This document shows, piece after piece, positions 1-10,146 of a stretch of DNA of 64,000 nt. The DNA lies in assembly GCA_963665815.1 (NCBI GenBank), contig OY762463.1:224001-288000 (forward strand), given 5' to 3'. Under the pieces are notes generated by a model. It was not told where the DNA came from. It was given only the letters and a program-made list of their open reading frames with translations, and ran no database searches. Origin of the DNA: Candidatus Cloacimonadales bacterium. Its GTDB lineage: Bacteria > Cloacimonadota > Cloacimonadia > Cloacimonadales > JAIOQZ01. Positions within the stretch are counted from its first letter, which is position 1, and every line of letters begins with the position of its first letter. Made by a program: the position numbers and the translations under genes.

Positions 1-62
1 GTTATATAAAAATATTAAAAATATTCATTACTTTTATTAACATATTAAGGAGGAAAATTAAG

Positions 63-614
63 TTGTATTCAGGGGGAAAAATATTAATTCTAATAGCTGT
101 TTTATTAATAATATCTGGTTGCTCAATTCAGTATAATGTTATTACAGCTAACCAGTTTATTCAAATGAAAGACATAAACTTAGCTGTGAGTAAATTCATT
201 GTTATAAATAATGAAGTTATACAAGACTCAAGTTTCAAGTCGAAATATATTGTGGAAATGTTGAGAGCTATTTATAATAAAAACAAAGCTGAAACTAACT
301 CCATTATTACAGGAATGGAAGTTAATTGTAAGGATAGTGATCAGATGTGGTTTTGTCGTGGACTTTATGCATTTCATGATTATGACTATGTTAAAGCAAT
401 ATCCTGTTTAAAAAAATATGATGCTGATGAATTCAAGTATTTGAAACATGTGTATATAGGTTTTGCAAAAATGGAACTGAGAAAAAGAAAACTTAAACGC
501 TACAGTGATAAAGAGATTCTGAGTGATTATCAGACTGCATTAAACCATACAGATGATGAGAAGATAAAAGAAAGTATAAGGCTTTATGTGAGATACATAA
601 GGCATGGAGTTTAA
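63..614 (+). CDS. Hypothetical lipoprotein, helical/TPR-like
   Basis: AGGAGG SD at 48-53 before a TTG start; lipobox LLIISG-C; TPR-like segment WFCRGLYAFHDYDYVKAISCLKK. Confidence 0.6.
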   Translation: MYSGGKILILIAVLLIISGCSIQYNVITANQFIQMKDINLAVSKFIVINNEVIQDSSFKSKYIVEMLRAIYNKNKAETNSIITGMEVNCKDSDQMWFCRGLYAFHDYDYVKAISCLKKYDADEFKYLKHVYIGFAKMELRKRKLKRYSDKEILSDYQTALNHTDDEKIKESIRLYVRYIRHGV

Positions 615-615
615 A

Positions 616-1728
616 ATGATAAAAAAATCTTTAATTCCCATAATTGTATTATTGTTCGTTCTGGGTTGCACCTCTACAAACGAAATGCTTCAAAATATTT
701 CAAGCAATCCAAAAGATCTATATTATTTATATGACAGTGAAATTGATACACTCAAAAAGGAAGTAGGAGTAAATATTGCTCCTGTTACTTCAAATTCAGA
801 TGTTTTTTTTCCAGCGACATCTATTACAAATGATAACTGGTTTTTATTGCCATTTCTGGTAGTAAACTTCTGGAACTACGAATACACATGGCGATTAGGT
901 CAAGATTCTTATAAACAGAATTTTGATGAATTTCTGAATACTTCTTTGTATAATGAGGCTATGCGATCCGGTAATTTTGTTACGAATCCTTTAGCAGAAG
1001 AATCACAATCAATTGCATCAAATTATACTCTTGATGTAGAGATTGTTGATGCAGCAATATATGGACCGTTCTTTGACAGGGGATTTGCATTAATCAGTCC
1101 TTACGGATATGCATATTATTTTTCGGCGTCGGCAGGACCTGGTACAGCTGAAATTAAACTTAAATATACTCTGAATCACGGAGAAAAGACTGTTAGTAGC
1201 GGAATTGTAGAGAAATCTACCGAACTGGATAAACTCCCATCCAAAATGAAAAAAGGTCTGATTGAAACATATCATCTCTTGCTGATTGAATGTTTCTGCA
1301 GTACCGTAAATGAAGCATGTAAATCAATTGTAAATGAAACAAACCGTTATATAAATCAGAATGAATCAGATGCATTCACAAGAAATGTAAAATATGCCGA
1401 TATAACCAAGACAACTGAGGTCAAAGATGACGTTGCCTCAAAAAAGATTTTGAAACACCAGCACAAGATTGTTATGAAGAATAGTGACACGTTGATTTGT
1501 GAAATCCTGGAAGTGAAAACCGGAAAAGTAATAGCTTGTGCGGATGACACGCTGTATTATATTCAACCTGAATGGATTACGTTGATTGAAGATTATGAGT
1601 CAAACAACGTAACAAGAATCAAGATATCACCGGCAAAGTATAAGAAATATAAGTTTAATCAGTTTGAGAATTGTAGAGACTTGAACTCAAGAACTTTGCC
1701 TTTAGATCCCCTAAATGGTCGCAAATAG
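616..1728 (+). CDS. Hypothetical lipoprotein
   Basis: ORF 604..1728; likely start ATG 616 (GGAG at 606-609); lipobox LFVLG-C; no recognisable domain. Confidence 0.6.
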   Translation: MIKKSLIPIIVLLFVLGCTSTNEMLQNISSNPKDLYYLYDSEIDTLKKEVGVNIAPVTSNSDVFFPATSITNDNWFLLPFLVVNFWNYEYTWRLGQDSYKQNFDEFLNTSLYNEAMRSGNFVTNPLAEESQSIASNYTLDVEIVDAAIYGPFFDRGFALISPYGYAYYFSASAGPGTAEIKLKYTLNHGEKTVSSGIVEKSTELDKLPSKMKKGLIETYHLLLIECFCSTVNEACKSIVNETNRYINQNESDAFTRNVKYADITKTTEVKDDVASKKILKHQHKIVMKNSDTLICEILEVKTGKVIACADDTLYYIQPEWITLIEDYESNNVTRIKISPAKYKKYKFNQFENCRDLNSRTLPLDPLNGRK

Positions 1729-1887
1729 TATCTACTAATCATTCCTTTTTTTCTAACAAAATAAGTAGGAAACGTGAGATTAAAAAAGGTGTGTTTTGCT
1801 TGATAATAAATCTTTTTACTTACGGAGAACTAAAAATCGAGCTTGTATAATTGTTAACAATAGATGATTTTCATCTAAATTGTAAAG

Positions 1888-1932
1888 ATCCGGAATGGGC
1901 TGGCAATAACCTGTTCCGGATTATGTTTTTTC
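1888..1932 (+). terminator. Putative intrinsic terminator hairpin
   Basis: ATCCGGAATGGG...CCTGTTCCGGAT stem followed by TATGTTTTTT. Confidence 0.5.
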
Positions 1933-1957
1933 TGAGTAGTAAAACATAATTCTGTCT

Positions 1958-1973
1958 GAGACCTCTACATAAT
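1958..1973. repeat. Degenerate end of the IS5-like mini-element family
   Basis: GAGACCTCTACATAAT resembles the GAGA(G/C)CTTTGCATAAT ends at 10047 and 28407; partner end not clear. Confidence 0.35.
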
Positions 1974-2181
1974 TATGGTAGTACTTTACTCGGTTTTTAC
2001 TAAAAAAAAGAGTTGAAACAATTTTTAGAATTCATCAAACCCTACTCAAAACAAGCTTCATTAAGTATCATTTCGCTTATAAAAATACTGATTAGTCAAT
2101 TATTCCGGTTTACTCGGATTTTATTCTTGACTATTTGCATGCTGAATACATGTTAAGAACATCTCATTTCGGAGGACTTCA

Positions 2182-5100
2182 ATGAAAAAAATGAACATAT
2201 TGATAATCTTTCTCATTATATTACTTTTTGCCTGTAGTAAAACTAAAGAAAAACAACAACATCCTGAACATCATCGCTTTGTTGCAAACTATACAGTTGA
2301 TTTTAACGAGAAATCACCAATTAAAGTTAGATTCTCTGAAAAAATGTCCGGGAATATTAAAGCTGATCCTAAGTTGTTAAAGAAATGTTTCAGTTTTAAT
2401 GTATCCGTTGATTTTTCAGTTAATGCGTTGAATGATTTTGAAGTTGAAATACAGCCTGAGAAAGGTAGAAAATTTGCCAGAGTAAATAAGCTTATTATTG
2501 ATGAGAAGAGCCTGTTTGATCTTGATTATGGTGCCGATATTGAACTTCCTGTTAAAGTGCGCAAGAATCAGATTATCACAGTTGAACCTGATTTTAAAAA
2601 CCTTGGAAAGAAAGCGGTATTCAAAGCTGTTGTGGAATTACGAGATGAGATTACTTCGGAAGAATTGAAAAACTCAATTACATTGCAATTGAGCAATAAG
2701 GACATTGAATTCACCGTCTCCAAAAGAATTGGAACAGGAAATCAGTTTATTGTCGAGACTTCAACATTTAATAAAACTGACAAAAATCAGATGGTCAAAC
2801 TGTCTATAACGGATGATTTAATTCCTCTTGAGTTACCAGTAGACAAAGAATACAACATTGCTTCACTTCATGCAATGCAGGTATTATGCACATATACAAA
2901 ACTTGTTGAAAACAGAGGGACAATCGAAGTTCTTTTCTCAGAAGAGATAGATTTCAGTCAGCGAATTGAGAATTATGTAGAGCTGAAGCATGATAAGAAA
3001 GTAATGAATGTAACTTGTGTGAAGCAGAGTGATAGAATAATTCTGACAGGAAACCTGCAAAGCGGGAAATCTTACGATTTAACATTGAAAAAGGGAATTC
3101 TCAACAAGCACAATCATGAGCTTGAGAAGGATTATCATGATACAATAATCATAAATGATGTAAGCCCATACATTGCATTTGCAGAGAGTGGGAATTTATA
3201 TTCTACAAAAGGGAACAACAAAGTCAGGATTCGTTCGGTAAATTACAGCAAGATTAGAGTTCGGATTTACCGGATTGCTGAAAAAAATATGGGACACTTC
3301 ATTTACAGGGAAGGATTCAAACCCTATCGTTACAACTTGTATGATGGTCTGTTTTCACGGAAGATTATTGAACAGGAACTGAACTTGAACACTGAAAAAA
3401 ATAAGTGGGAAGAAACGGATCTTGATTTGTCGAAAATTATCGGAGCAGATAAGAATGGGATGTATGTTGTTGATATTGAGGGAAATAGCGTAAACGAAAA
3501 TGTTTATGCAAATCCAACCCAGAGCAACGATACTAAAGTGATGTTAATCTCAGACCTTGGAATAACATATAAAAGAGAAGCAGAGGACAGGCATAAGGTT
3601 ATTGTAACCAACCTCATAACAGCAAAACCTGAATCCGGATGCAATGTCAAAATTTATGATAAACAGAATATTCTGATGATTAATGGCAGTACAGATTCAA
3701 GAGGTATGTTTGATTTTCAATTAAATGATAAAGGATTTGAAGGTCGAACAGAGCGTAAGATGATCATTATAACTGCTGAGAACAGTAAATCTCTGACTAT
3801 ATTGTATCCAAATAAAATGCAATGGAATACATCCACATTTGACGTAGCAGGTGCAAGCATAGATCAGGCAGGTAATTCCTTTGTATATACAGAAAGAGGA
3901 GTATACAGACCGGGAGATGAAATTAACTTCTCGTTTGTGCTGAGATCAGCCGACGGAACATTTCCTGCAAATCAACCTGTAAATATTGAGATTTTCAATC
4001 CGAGGGGATCCAAAAAACTTTCTAAGACCATCAAGAATGGGAAAGATGGCTTTTACACAATGTCATTTACAACTGATGAAAACGCTCAAACGGGAACCTG
4101 GTCATTAAAGTACTCTTCCGGAGGAATAAAAGGAAGTCATTCATTCAAAGTTGAAACTGTTGTTGCGGAAAGACTGAAAGTGGAAATTACTCCTGAGAAA
4201 AATGTAGTCAATGTTGATGACAAATCATTTAAGATTGATGTGAAATCTCAATATCTTTTCGGAGCCCCAGCAAGCAATCTCAAGTACAAAGTTAATGCCG
4301 AAATTTCCAAGGTGAGTAAAAAAATACAGACACTGCCCGGATTTATTTTTGATGATGTTACAACTTCGTTCAAAAGGACAAATGTTATTGTTGGAGAAGG
4401 AAATCTGGATAAAAATGGAGATACTCAGGTTAAATGGAAAATACCTGATCTCGGAAACTCTCCGGCTTCTTTAATGGCAGTATTAAAAGCTGAAGTAATT
4501 GATAATGGAGGTAGAGCATCCAAAGCAACAAAGTATGTTGATATTAATCCATACAGCTATTACGTAGGTATTAAACTACCGGATGATATGCATATCCGGA
4601 GTACTAACAAGGTAAAAGTAGCACTTATTGATGTTGATGGAAAGCTTGTGCCCGGTGAAGATCTCACATTATCTATTTACCACAAAAGTCGATACTGGTG
4701 GTATGAGAGGGGAAGAACAAGCAGAAACTCCTACAAGGCAAATGATAAAGTGGCTCTGGTATACTCTCAGAATTTGAAAAGCGATGTTGATCCTCTTGAA
4801 GTTGACATTGATATTAGTAACTGGGGGGAATATCTTATTGAAGTAACACATAGTGCTTCTAGTGGTCACACGGCAGCACAATATTTTTATCCCTACTGGT
4901 ACGGAAGCAAAGAAAATGGAGCTATGGATGATGGAATCCTGTCTCTTAAAACAGATAAGAAAACATATAAATCAGGTGAAACGGCTAAAGTACAGTTTGA
5001 TGCCCCTGAAAAAAGTGTTGTTCTTGTATCTCTTGAGTCAAAGGGAAAGATTCTCAAGACTTACTGGGATAACCCAAAAGTAAAGGATGGAAAAGGTGAG

Positions 5101-7626
5101 ATTAGTTTCAGAGTAGATGATTCAATGATTCCGAATGGATATTGTACTATATCAGTTATTCAGCCTGTAGAAAATGAAAATGACTTGCCTGTGAGAACTT
5201 ATGGAGTTGTACCAATATCTGTTTTTGAAGAGAGAAGTAAAAATGCTGTATCAATTACAACCTCCGAAAGCTTCAGATCTAAAAAGAAGTTCAATGTAGA
5301 GATACGGACTGAAAGAAAAGAAAAATCTCAGGTAACAATTGCAGTTGTAGATGAAGGATTGTTATCACTTACAAATTTCAGATCACCTGATCCATGGGGG
5401 TTTTTCTACAGGAAGATTATTCATTCTGTTATATCTTTTGATAATTACGGATTTGTATCTGGTTTACCACAAGGAGATCCTTATAAATCATTCCTCATAG
5501 GTGGTGATCTTGCCGCAAGAGCAGCTATGGAACGAGATTTGAGAAAAAGGAGAAAACTTAGTGAACTGACAGATAATAAAAAGCGTTTCAAACCTGTCTG
5601 CATGTATTCAGGAATCCTTGAAACAGATGAAAATGGATACTTGAAGCACGAATTCACAATGCCGGAATATATTGGGGCAGTCAGAATAATGGCTGTTGTT
5701 GTTAATGGTAAAACCTATGACTCCGCAGAAAAAACTGTACCTGTAAAAGAAAATTTGATGGTAAAAGCTACATTTCCTCGTTTTCTCAATACAGGAAACA
5801 AGTTCTCAATTCCTGTTGAAATATTCAAAGATAAGGATGTGAAAGGTATAAAAAATGTTGATGTCTCAATAGAAACAGACAGTCGAATTGAAATATCCGG
5901 TTCAGGCAAAAAGACTGTAACATTGAATGAGAACGGACAAGCTGTTGTGAAATTTGCAGCAGAGAGTAATGATGTATTGGGCTTTTCTCATATTACAGTC
6001 AAAGCAGTTTCCGGTAAATATAAAGCGGAATCAAATACTGATATTAATATATATTCACCGAATCCGACAATACTGAAATCTGAAAACAAGAAAGTCAAAA
6101 AAGGTGAATATATAGAATTCACAATACCTGATGATGGCTATAAGGGTTCAATGGATGCCGCAGTAACTGTTAATACGTTGGAGAACCTGGATGTATCAAA
6201 CAGGCTAAAATGGTTGATAAAGTATCCGTATGGTTGTATAGAACAGACAACATCTTCTGTGTTTCCTCAACTTTATTTAGGTGATTTCATTAGAACAAAA
6301 ACATACAAACTTGATGCAATTGATAGAAATATAAATGCCGGAATTTCACGTTTGAAGAAATTTCAGGTCTCAACAGGAGGTTTAGGTTATTGGCCGGGAA
6401 GCTATCATGTAAGTGAATGGGGTACAATGTATGCAGGTCACTTCCTTTTCGAAGCAAAGAAGAAAGGTTACTTTGTTCCTGAAACATTAATTAAATCGGT
6501 TTTAACAAAGCTCAGATATGACACTCGTAATTTTATTGCAGATAAAAAGGATACGTATGCATTCAGAACTCAGGTAATGAAACTGTATCTCCTTACTTTA
6601 GCTGAAAAACCGGACGAATCTTCCATGAATATTATATACGAGAGCTATCTTGGACAGCTTAACAGAACTTACAGACTCCTTCTTGCAGCAGCGTATCTGA
6701 AAATTGGAGATAAAAAAACTTCAGATATAATCATGACAAAGCTGAATGAACCGGTTGCTGATTCTGATGAAAGGAACTACTACAGAAGAAGTTGGGGAAG
6801 CGGTTTGCGTGACGAAGGATTAACATTGCTTGCTCTCACAGAACTGAATGCAGATGATGAAGCTTATACATTATTCAACTCAATTGCCAGGAAAATTAAT
6901 AATAAAAACTGGTATTCCACTCAGACTCTCGGATACACACTTACTGCACTTGGAAAGTACTATATAAAACACAAGGATACTTTTGATGTTGATAACAGTC
7001 TTTCATGCTATGTTGAATTTGCTGACAAATCAAGAAAAAGAATCAAAGTAAGTGGGAACACTGCATCATTTGATCTTGGAAATCACTTCGGTGAGAAAAT
7101 CAAAGTGCATTTTGAGGAAAGTGAAAAGCTGAAAACGCTTTACGTTGCACTCGATTGGTCTGGAGTTATCAAGGATGAAAGAGTTGAAAATGTCAGCGAT
7201 AACATGACTGTTACCAGAAAATGGAAAAACAGCTCAGGCAAATATGTTGATCCCGGAGAAGTAAAACAGGGTGATATTCTGACCTGTGAACTGACTGTGA
7301 AAATTAACACAAATCTCAATAAAGATAACATTGCTCTTGTACAGGCTTTACCGGCAGGCTGGGAAATTGAAAACGAAAGACTTCAAAATAAAACTGCTTC
7401 AAAGAAAACCAATTATGACTATCTTGATATCAGAGATGATCGGATAATGTGGTTCTTCAGCATAGACAATTACAAGGATCGTAGATCAAAAACTTTCAGT
7501 TTCAAGGTCAGAGCGGTTACAAGTGGTGAATTTATGCTTCCTCCAACATATTGCGAAGCAATGTATGACAATAATTACAAGGCTGTACTTAAAGGATCTC
7601 CGGTTAAGGTAATCGAGAAAAAATGA
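2182..7626 (+). CDS. Bacterial alpha-2-macroglobulin family lipoprotein (YfhM-like)
   Basis: Lipobox LLFA-C; MG2 motif TERGVYRPGDEI; VDEGLL; thioester motif YPYGCIEQ (6235-6246); C-terminal DIRDDR and EAMY; directly upstream of pbpC. Confidence 0.95.
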   Translation: MKKMNILIIFLIILLFACSKTKEKQQHPEHHRFVANYTVDFNEKSPIKVRFSEKMSGNIKADPKLLKKCFSFNVSVDFSVNALNDFEVEIQPEKGRKFARVNKLIIDEKSLFDLDYGADIELPVKVRKNQIITVEPDFKNLGKKAVFKAVVELRDEITSEELKNSITLQLSNKDIEFTVSKRIGTGNQFIVETSTFNKTDKNQMVKLSITDDLIPLELPVDKEYNIASLHAMQVLCTYTKLVENRGTIEVLFSEEIDFSQRIENYVELKHDKKVMNVTCVKQSDRIILTGNLQSGKSYDLTLKKGILNKHNHELEKDYHDTIIINDVSPYIAFAESGNLYSTKGNNKVRIRSVNYSKIRVRIYRIAEKNMGHFIYREGFKPYRYNLYDGLFSRKIIEQELNLNTEKNKWEETDLDLSKIIGADKNGMYVVDIEGNSVNENVYANPTQSNDTKVMLISDLGITYKREAEDRHKVIVTNLITAKPESGCNVKIYDKQNILMINGSTDSRGMFDFQLNDKGFEGRTERKMIIITAENSKSLTILYPNKMQWNTSTFDVAGASIDQAGNSFVYTERGVYRPGDEINFSFVLRSADGTFPANQPVNIEIFNPRGSKKLSKTIKNGKDGFYTMSFTTDENAQTGTWSLKYSSGGIKGSHSFKVETVVAERLKVEITPEKNVVNVDDKSFKIDVKSQYLFGAPASNLKYKVNAEISKVSKKIQTLPGFIFDDVTTSFKRTNVIVGEGNLDKNGDTQVKWKIPDLGNSPASLMAVLKAEVIDNGGRASKATKYVDINPYSYYVGIKLPDDMHIRSTNKVKVALIDVDGKLVPGEDLTLSIYHKSRYWWYERGRTSRNSYKANDKVALVYSQNLKSDVDPLEVDIDISNWGEYLIEVTHSASSGHTAAQYFYPYWYGSKENGAMDDGILSLKTDKKTYKSGETAKVQFDAPEKSVVLVSLESKGKILKTYWDNPKVKDGKGEISFRVDDSMIPNGYCTISVIQPVENENDLPVRTYGVVPISVFEERSKNAVSITTSESFRSKKKFNVEIRTERKEKSQVTIAVVDEGLLSLTNFRSPDPWGFFYRKIIHSVISFDNYGFVSGLPQGDPYKSFLIGGDLAARAAMERDLRKRRKLSELTDNKKRFKPVCMYSGILETDENGYLKHEFTMPEYIGAVRIMAVVVNGKTYDSAEKTVPVKENLMVKATFPRFLNTGNKFSIPVEIFKDKDVKGIKNVDVSIETDSRIEISGSGKKTVTLNENGQAVVKFAAESNDVLGFSHITVKAVSGKYKAESNTDINIYSPNPTILKSENKKVKKGEYIEFTIPDDGYKGSMDAAVTVNTLENLDVSNRLKWLIKYPYGCIEQTTSSVFPQLYLGDFIRTKTYKLDAIDRNINAGISRLKKFQVSTGGLGYWPGSYHVSEWGTMYAGHFLFEAKKKGYFVPETLIKSVLTKLRYDTRNFIADKKDTYAFRTQVMKLYLLTLAEKPDESSMNIIYESYLGQLNRTYRLLLAAAYLKIGDKKTSDIIMTKLNEPVADSDERNYYRRSWGSGLRDEGLTLLALTELNADDEAYTLFNSIARKINNKNWYSTQTLGYTLTALGKYYIKHKDTFDVDNSLSCYVEFADKSRKRIKVSGNTASFDLGNHFGEKIKVHFEESEKLKTLYVALDWSGVIKDERVENVSDNMTVTRKWKNSSGKYVDPGEVKQGDILTCELTVKINTNLNKDNIALVQALPAGWEIENERLQNKTASKKTNYDYLDIRDDRIMWFFSIDNYKDRRSKTFSFKVRAVTSGEFMLPPTYCEAMYDNNYKAVLKGSPVKVIEKK

Positions 7627-9938
7627 GGTTGTCTCTCAATAAGAAAACAAAAGTACTGATTGCAGTTCTTCTGGCTGTGATTCTTTTATTTGTTTTTCTG
7701 CCGGATTCCTCAGAAATGGAGGAAAAGAGTTACAGTAAAGTAATCTGTGATAAAAATGGCGAGATTTTAAGAGTGTTTCTCAATGATTCGCAACAATGGT
7801 TTTTGCCTCCTGATGAAAAACTCATTGTTCCTGAGAAGCTGTATAAATGTGTTACAGAATATGAAGATCGCTTTTTCAAGTATCATCTCGGAGTGAATCC
7901 GATTGCAGTAGTAAAAGCATTATCAGATAATATCAGGGCTAAAAGAATTGTGCGGGGTGGAAGTACTCTCACAATGCAGCTTGTGAGCCTGAGCAATCCC
8001 GTAAAACGATCATACTGGAATAAATTCTGCGAGATGCTGTTTGCAGTGAAACTTGAAATCCTGTACTCTAAACAGGAAATTCTAAGAATGTATCTGGAAC
8101 GTGCACCTTATGGTGGAAATGTAATTGGATTCAAAGCTGCATCTTTGAAGTACTACAGAAAACTACCATTTGAACTCTCCTGGGGGGAGGCTGCAACTCT
8201 GGCTGTTCTGCCAAATGCTCCCGGACTGATTACTCCCGGGAAAAATCATAGCATACTTGTTGCTAAAAGAAACAGCTTACTCAGAAGGCTTCATGAATCA
8301 GGAAAGCTAGATGAAAGTGAGCTTCATATTGCTGAGAGCGAGCCTGTTCCTGTTGAATCGGCAGTGTTTAAAATAAAGGCACCTCATTTTACTCGCTATG
8401 TTAAAAATAACTCCCCGGATCAGGACGTGATAAAGACAACGCTGGATTCTCATTTACAGTCTCTTGCAGAAAACACAGTTATGGAGTATTCTCGAGAACT
8501 AAACAGTGTGGGAATTCAGAATTGTGCAGCAATTATTACAGAAACAAAAACCGGAAAGATAAGAGCCTGGATTGGGTCTCAGGACTTCTGGGACACAGCA
8601 GATAATGGTCAGGTAGATGGTGTGATTGCAATGAGATCAACAGGTTCTGTTTTAAAACCATTTCTATATGCTGCAGCTATGGACGAAGGGATTCTTCTGC
8701 CTGAAACTTTGATGAACGATGTACCCTCATATTACGGAACATTCTCACCGGAAAATGCATCCCATACTTTTTCAGGACTGGTTCCTGCATCTGAAGCGTT
8801 AATTAAATCATTAAATGTACCGGCTGTAAGGTTGCTGAAGAAATATGGATTATACAGCTTTTATTCATTTCTTAAAAGAACATGCGATGAAAGTCTTTTC
8901 AGGTCTGCTGATGATTACGGATTAACTTTGATAATAGGAGGTTCTGAGATAACGCTTCTTGAGTTATCAGCTCTATATAATGGATTAGGGAGCTCCGGAG
9001 AATTCAGGAAGGCTGTTTTCAGAGAAGATCAGTCAAGTGAGCAGAAAGTGAAGCTTCTCAGTAAAGGTGCATGTTTTTTAACTCTTGAGACACTGAAAGA
9101 TCTGAAAAGATCAGGATCTGATCGCTACTGGGAAGTTTTCGATGGAAAAAGACAGATTGCCTGGAAAACAGGCACAAGTTATGGACATAGAGATGCCTGG
9201 GCGGCAGGAGTAACACCGGAATGGACGGTGTGTGTATGGGCCGGAAATTTTACAGGGGAAATGAATCCCCGGATTATTGGGACATCAGCGGCAGGACCAT
9301 TAATGTTCAGATTGTTTGAACTTCTTGAAGAAAAGGAGAATAGCTGGTTTGAGTCACCTTTACAGGATATTGAACCTGTTACTCTGTGTGCGGAAACAGG
9401 ATTTGTTGCCGGTGAGGATTGCAAAAGCACAATCAGTAGCTGGAAGCCGGTTCATGCCCCTCAGTTGCAGACATGTCCATATCATAAAAAGATATTCGTG
9501 AGTAAAAGTAAAGGTCATCAGGTGTGTTCTCTATGTTGGGACAGAGAAGATGTCGTTGAAAAAGTTGTGCTGGAGTATCCACCTCATGTAATTGAGTATC
9601 TGGCTGAAAGCGGAAAACCGATACCCGAAATTCCCGAGCATAATCCTGAATGTGAAACAAGGAAAATCACTCCGTATCTTCAAATTGTCTATCCTAATAA
9701 TGGTGCAGAGTTGTTTGTACCCAGAGATGCTTCCGGTGAGCATCAGAAAGTTTTGCTCAAAGCAGCTCATAATAAACCTGAAGCGATGATATATTGGTAT
9801 CTTAATGACAAATTTGTTACTTCAACGAAAGGAGAGCATAATATTACTGCTGATATTAAGGCAGGTGAATACATTTTAAGCCTCATAGATGAATTTGGTA
9901 ATGAGAAATCAGTTAAATTCTCCATTTCAAGGAATTGA
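7623..9938 (+). CDS. pbpC: Penicillin-binding protein 1C
   Basis: Transglycosylase motifs EDRFFKYHLG and RGGSTLTMQL; transpeptidase SVLK, SLN, KTGT; ATGA-type overlap with the alpha-2-macroglobulin gene (established pairing). Confidence 0.93.
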   Translation: MRLSLNKKTKVLIAVLLAVILLFVFLPDSSEMEEKSYSKVICDKNGEILRVFLNDSQQWFLPPDEKLIVPEKLYKCVTEYEDRFFKYHLGVNPIAVVKALSDNIRAKRIVRGGSTLTMQLVSLSNPVKRSYWNKFCEMLFAVKLEILYSKQEILRMYLERAPYGGNVIGFKAASLKYYRKLPFELSWGEAATLAVLPNAPGLITPGKNHSILVAKRNSLLRRLHESGKLDESELHIAESEPVPVESAVFKIKAPHFTRYVKNNSPDQDVIKTTLDSHLQSLAENTVMEYSRELNSVGIQNCAAIITETKTGKIRAWIGSQDFWDTADNGQVDGVIAMRSTGSVLKPFLYAAAMDEGILLPETLMNDVPSYYGTFSPENASHTFSGLVPASEALIKSLNVPAVRLLKKYGLYSFYSFLKRTCDESLFRSADDYGLTLIIGGSEITLLELSALYNGLGSSGEFRKAVFREDQSSEQKVKLLSKGACFLTLETLKDLKRSGSDRYWEVFDGKRQIAWKTGTSYGHRDAWAAGVTPEWTVCVWAGNFTGEMNPRIIGTSAAGPLMFRLFELLEEKENSWFESPLQDIEPVTLCAETGFVAGEDCKSTISSWKPVHAPQLQTCPYHKKIFVSKSKGHQVCSLCWDREDVVEKVVLEYPPHVIEYLAESGKPIPEIPEHNPECETRKITPYLQIVYPNNGAELFVPRDASGEHQKVLLKAAHNKPEAMIYWYLNDKFVTSTKGEHNITADIKAGEYILSLIDEFGNEKSVKFSISRN

Positions 9939-10046
9939 GACACTATTAGATAATTATTCGTGTTTATATTGGAGTGGAATTTATGTTTCGCAGGAAATTT
10001 ATTGACTAAATCTTAATTTGTGTTCTAAAATTACAGAAATCATACA

Positions 10047-10126
10047 TAGAGCTATGCATAACAGTAAAATCAAACAGCATTGAATAAAAAGTATTGAGTC
10101 AACAACCCCAATTATGCAAAGGTCAC
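10047..10126. mobile_element. 80-bp MITE-like element with IS5/IS1106-like ends
   Basis: Left TAGAGCTATGCATAAC, right ATTATGCAAAGGTCAC; shares ends and internal AAAATC...GAGTCAA with 28407-28462. Confidence 0.55.
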
Positions 10127-10146
10127 ATAAAATGTTAGAGGTTCAG

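Noticed and set aside
2182..9938. Alpha-2-macroglobulin + pbpC as a novel system
   Set aside because: Established conserved pairing (yfhM-pbpC)
10114..10146. ATG 10114 as the start of the TPR-HisKA gene
   Set aside because: Lies inside the MITE TIR with no SD; ATG 10147 has GAGG upstream
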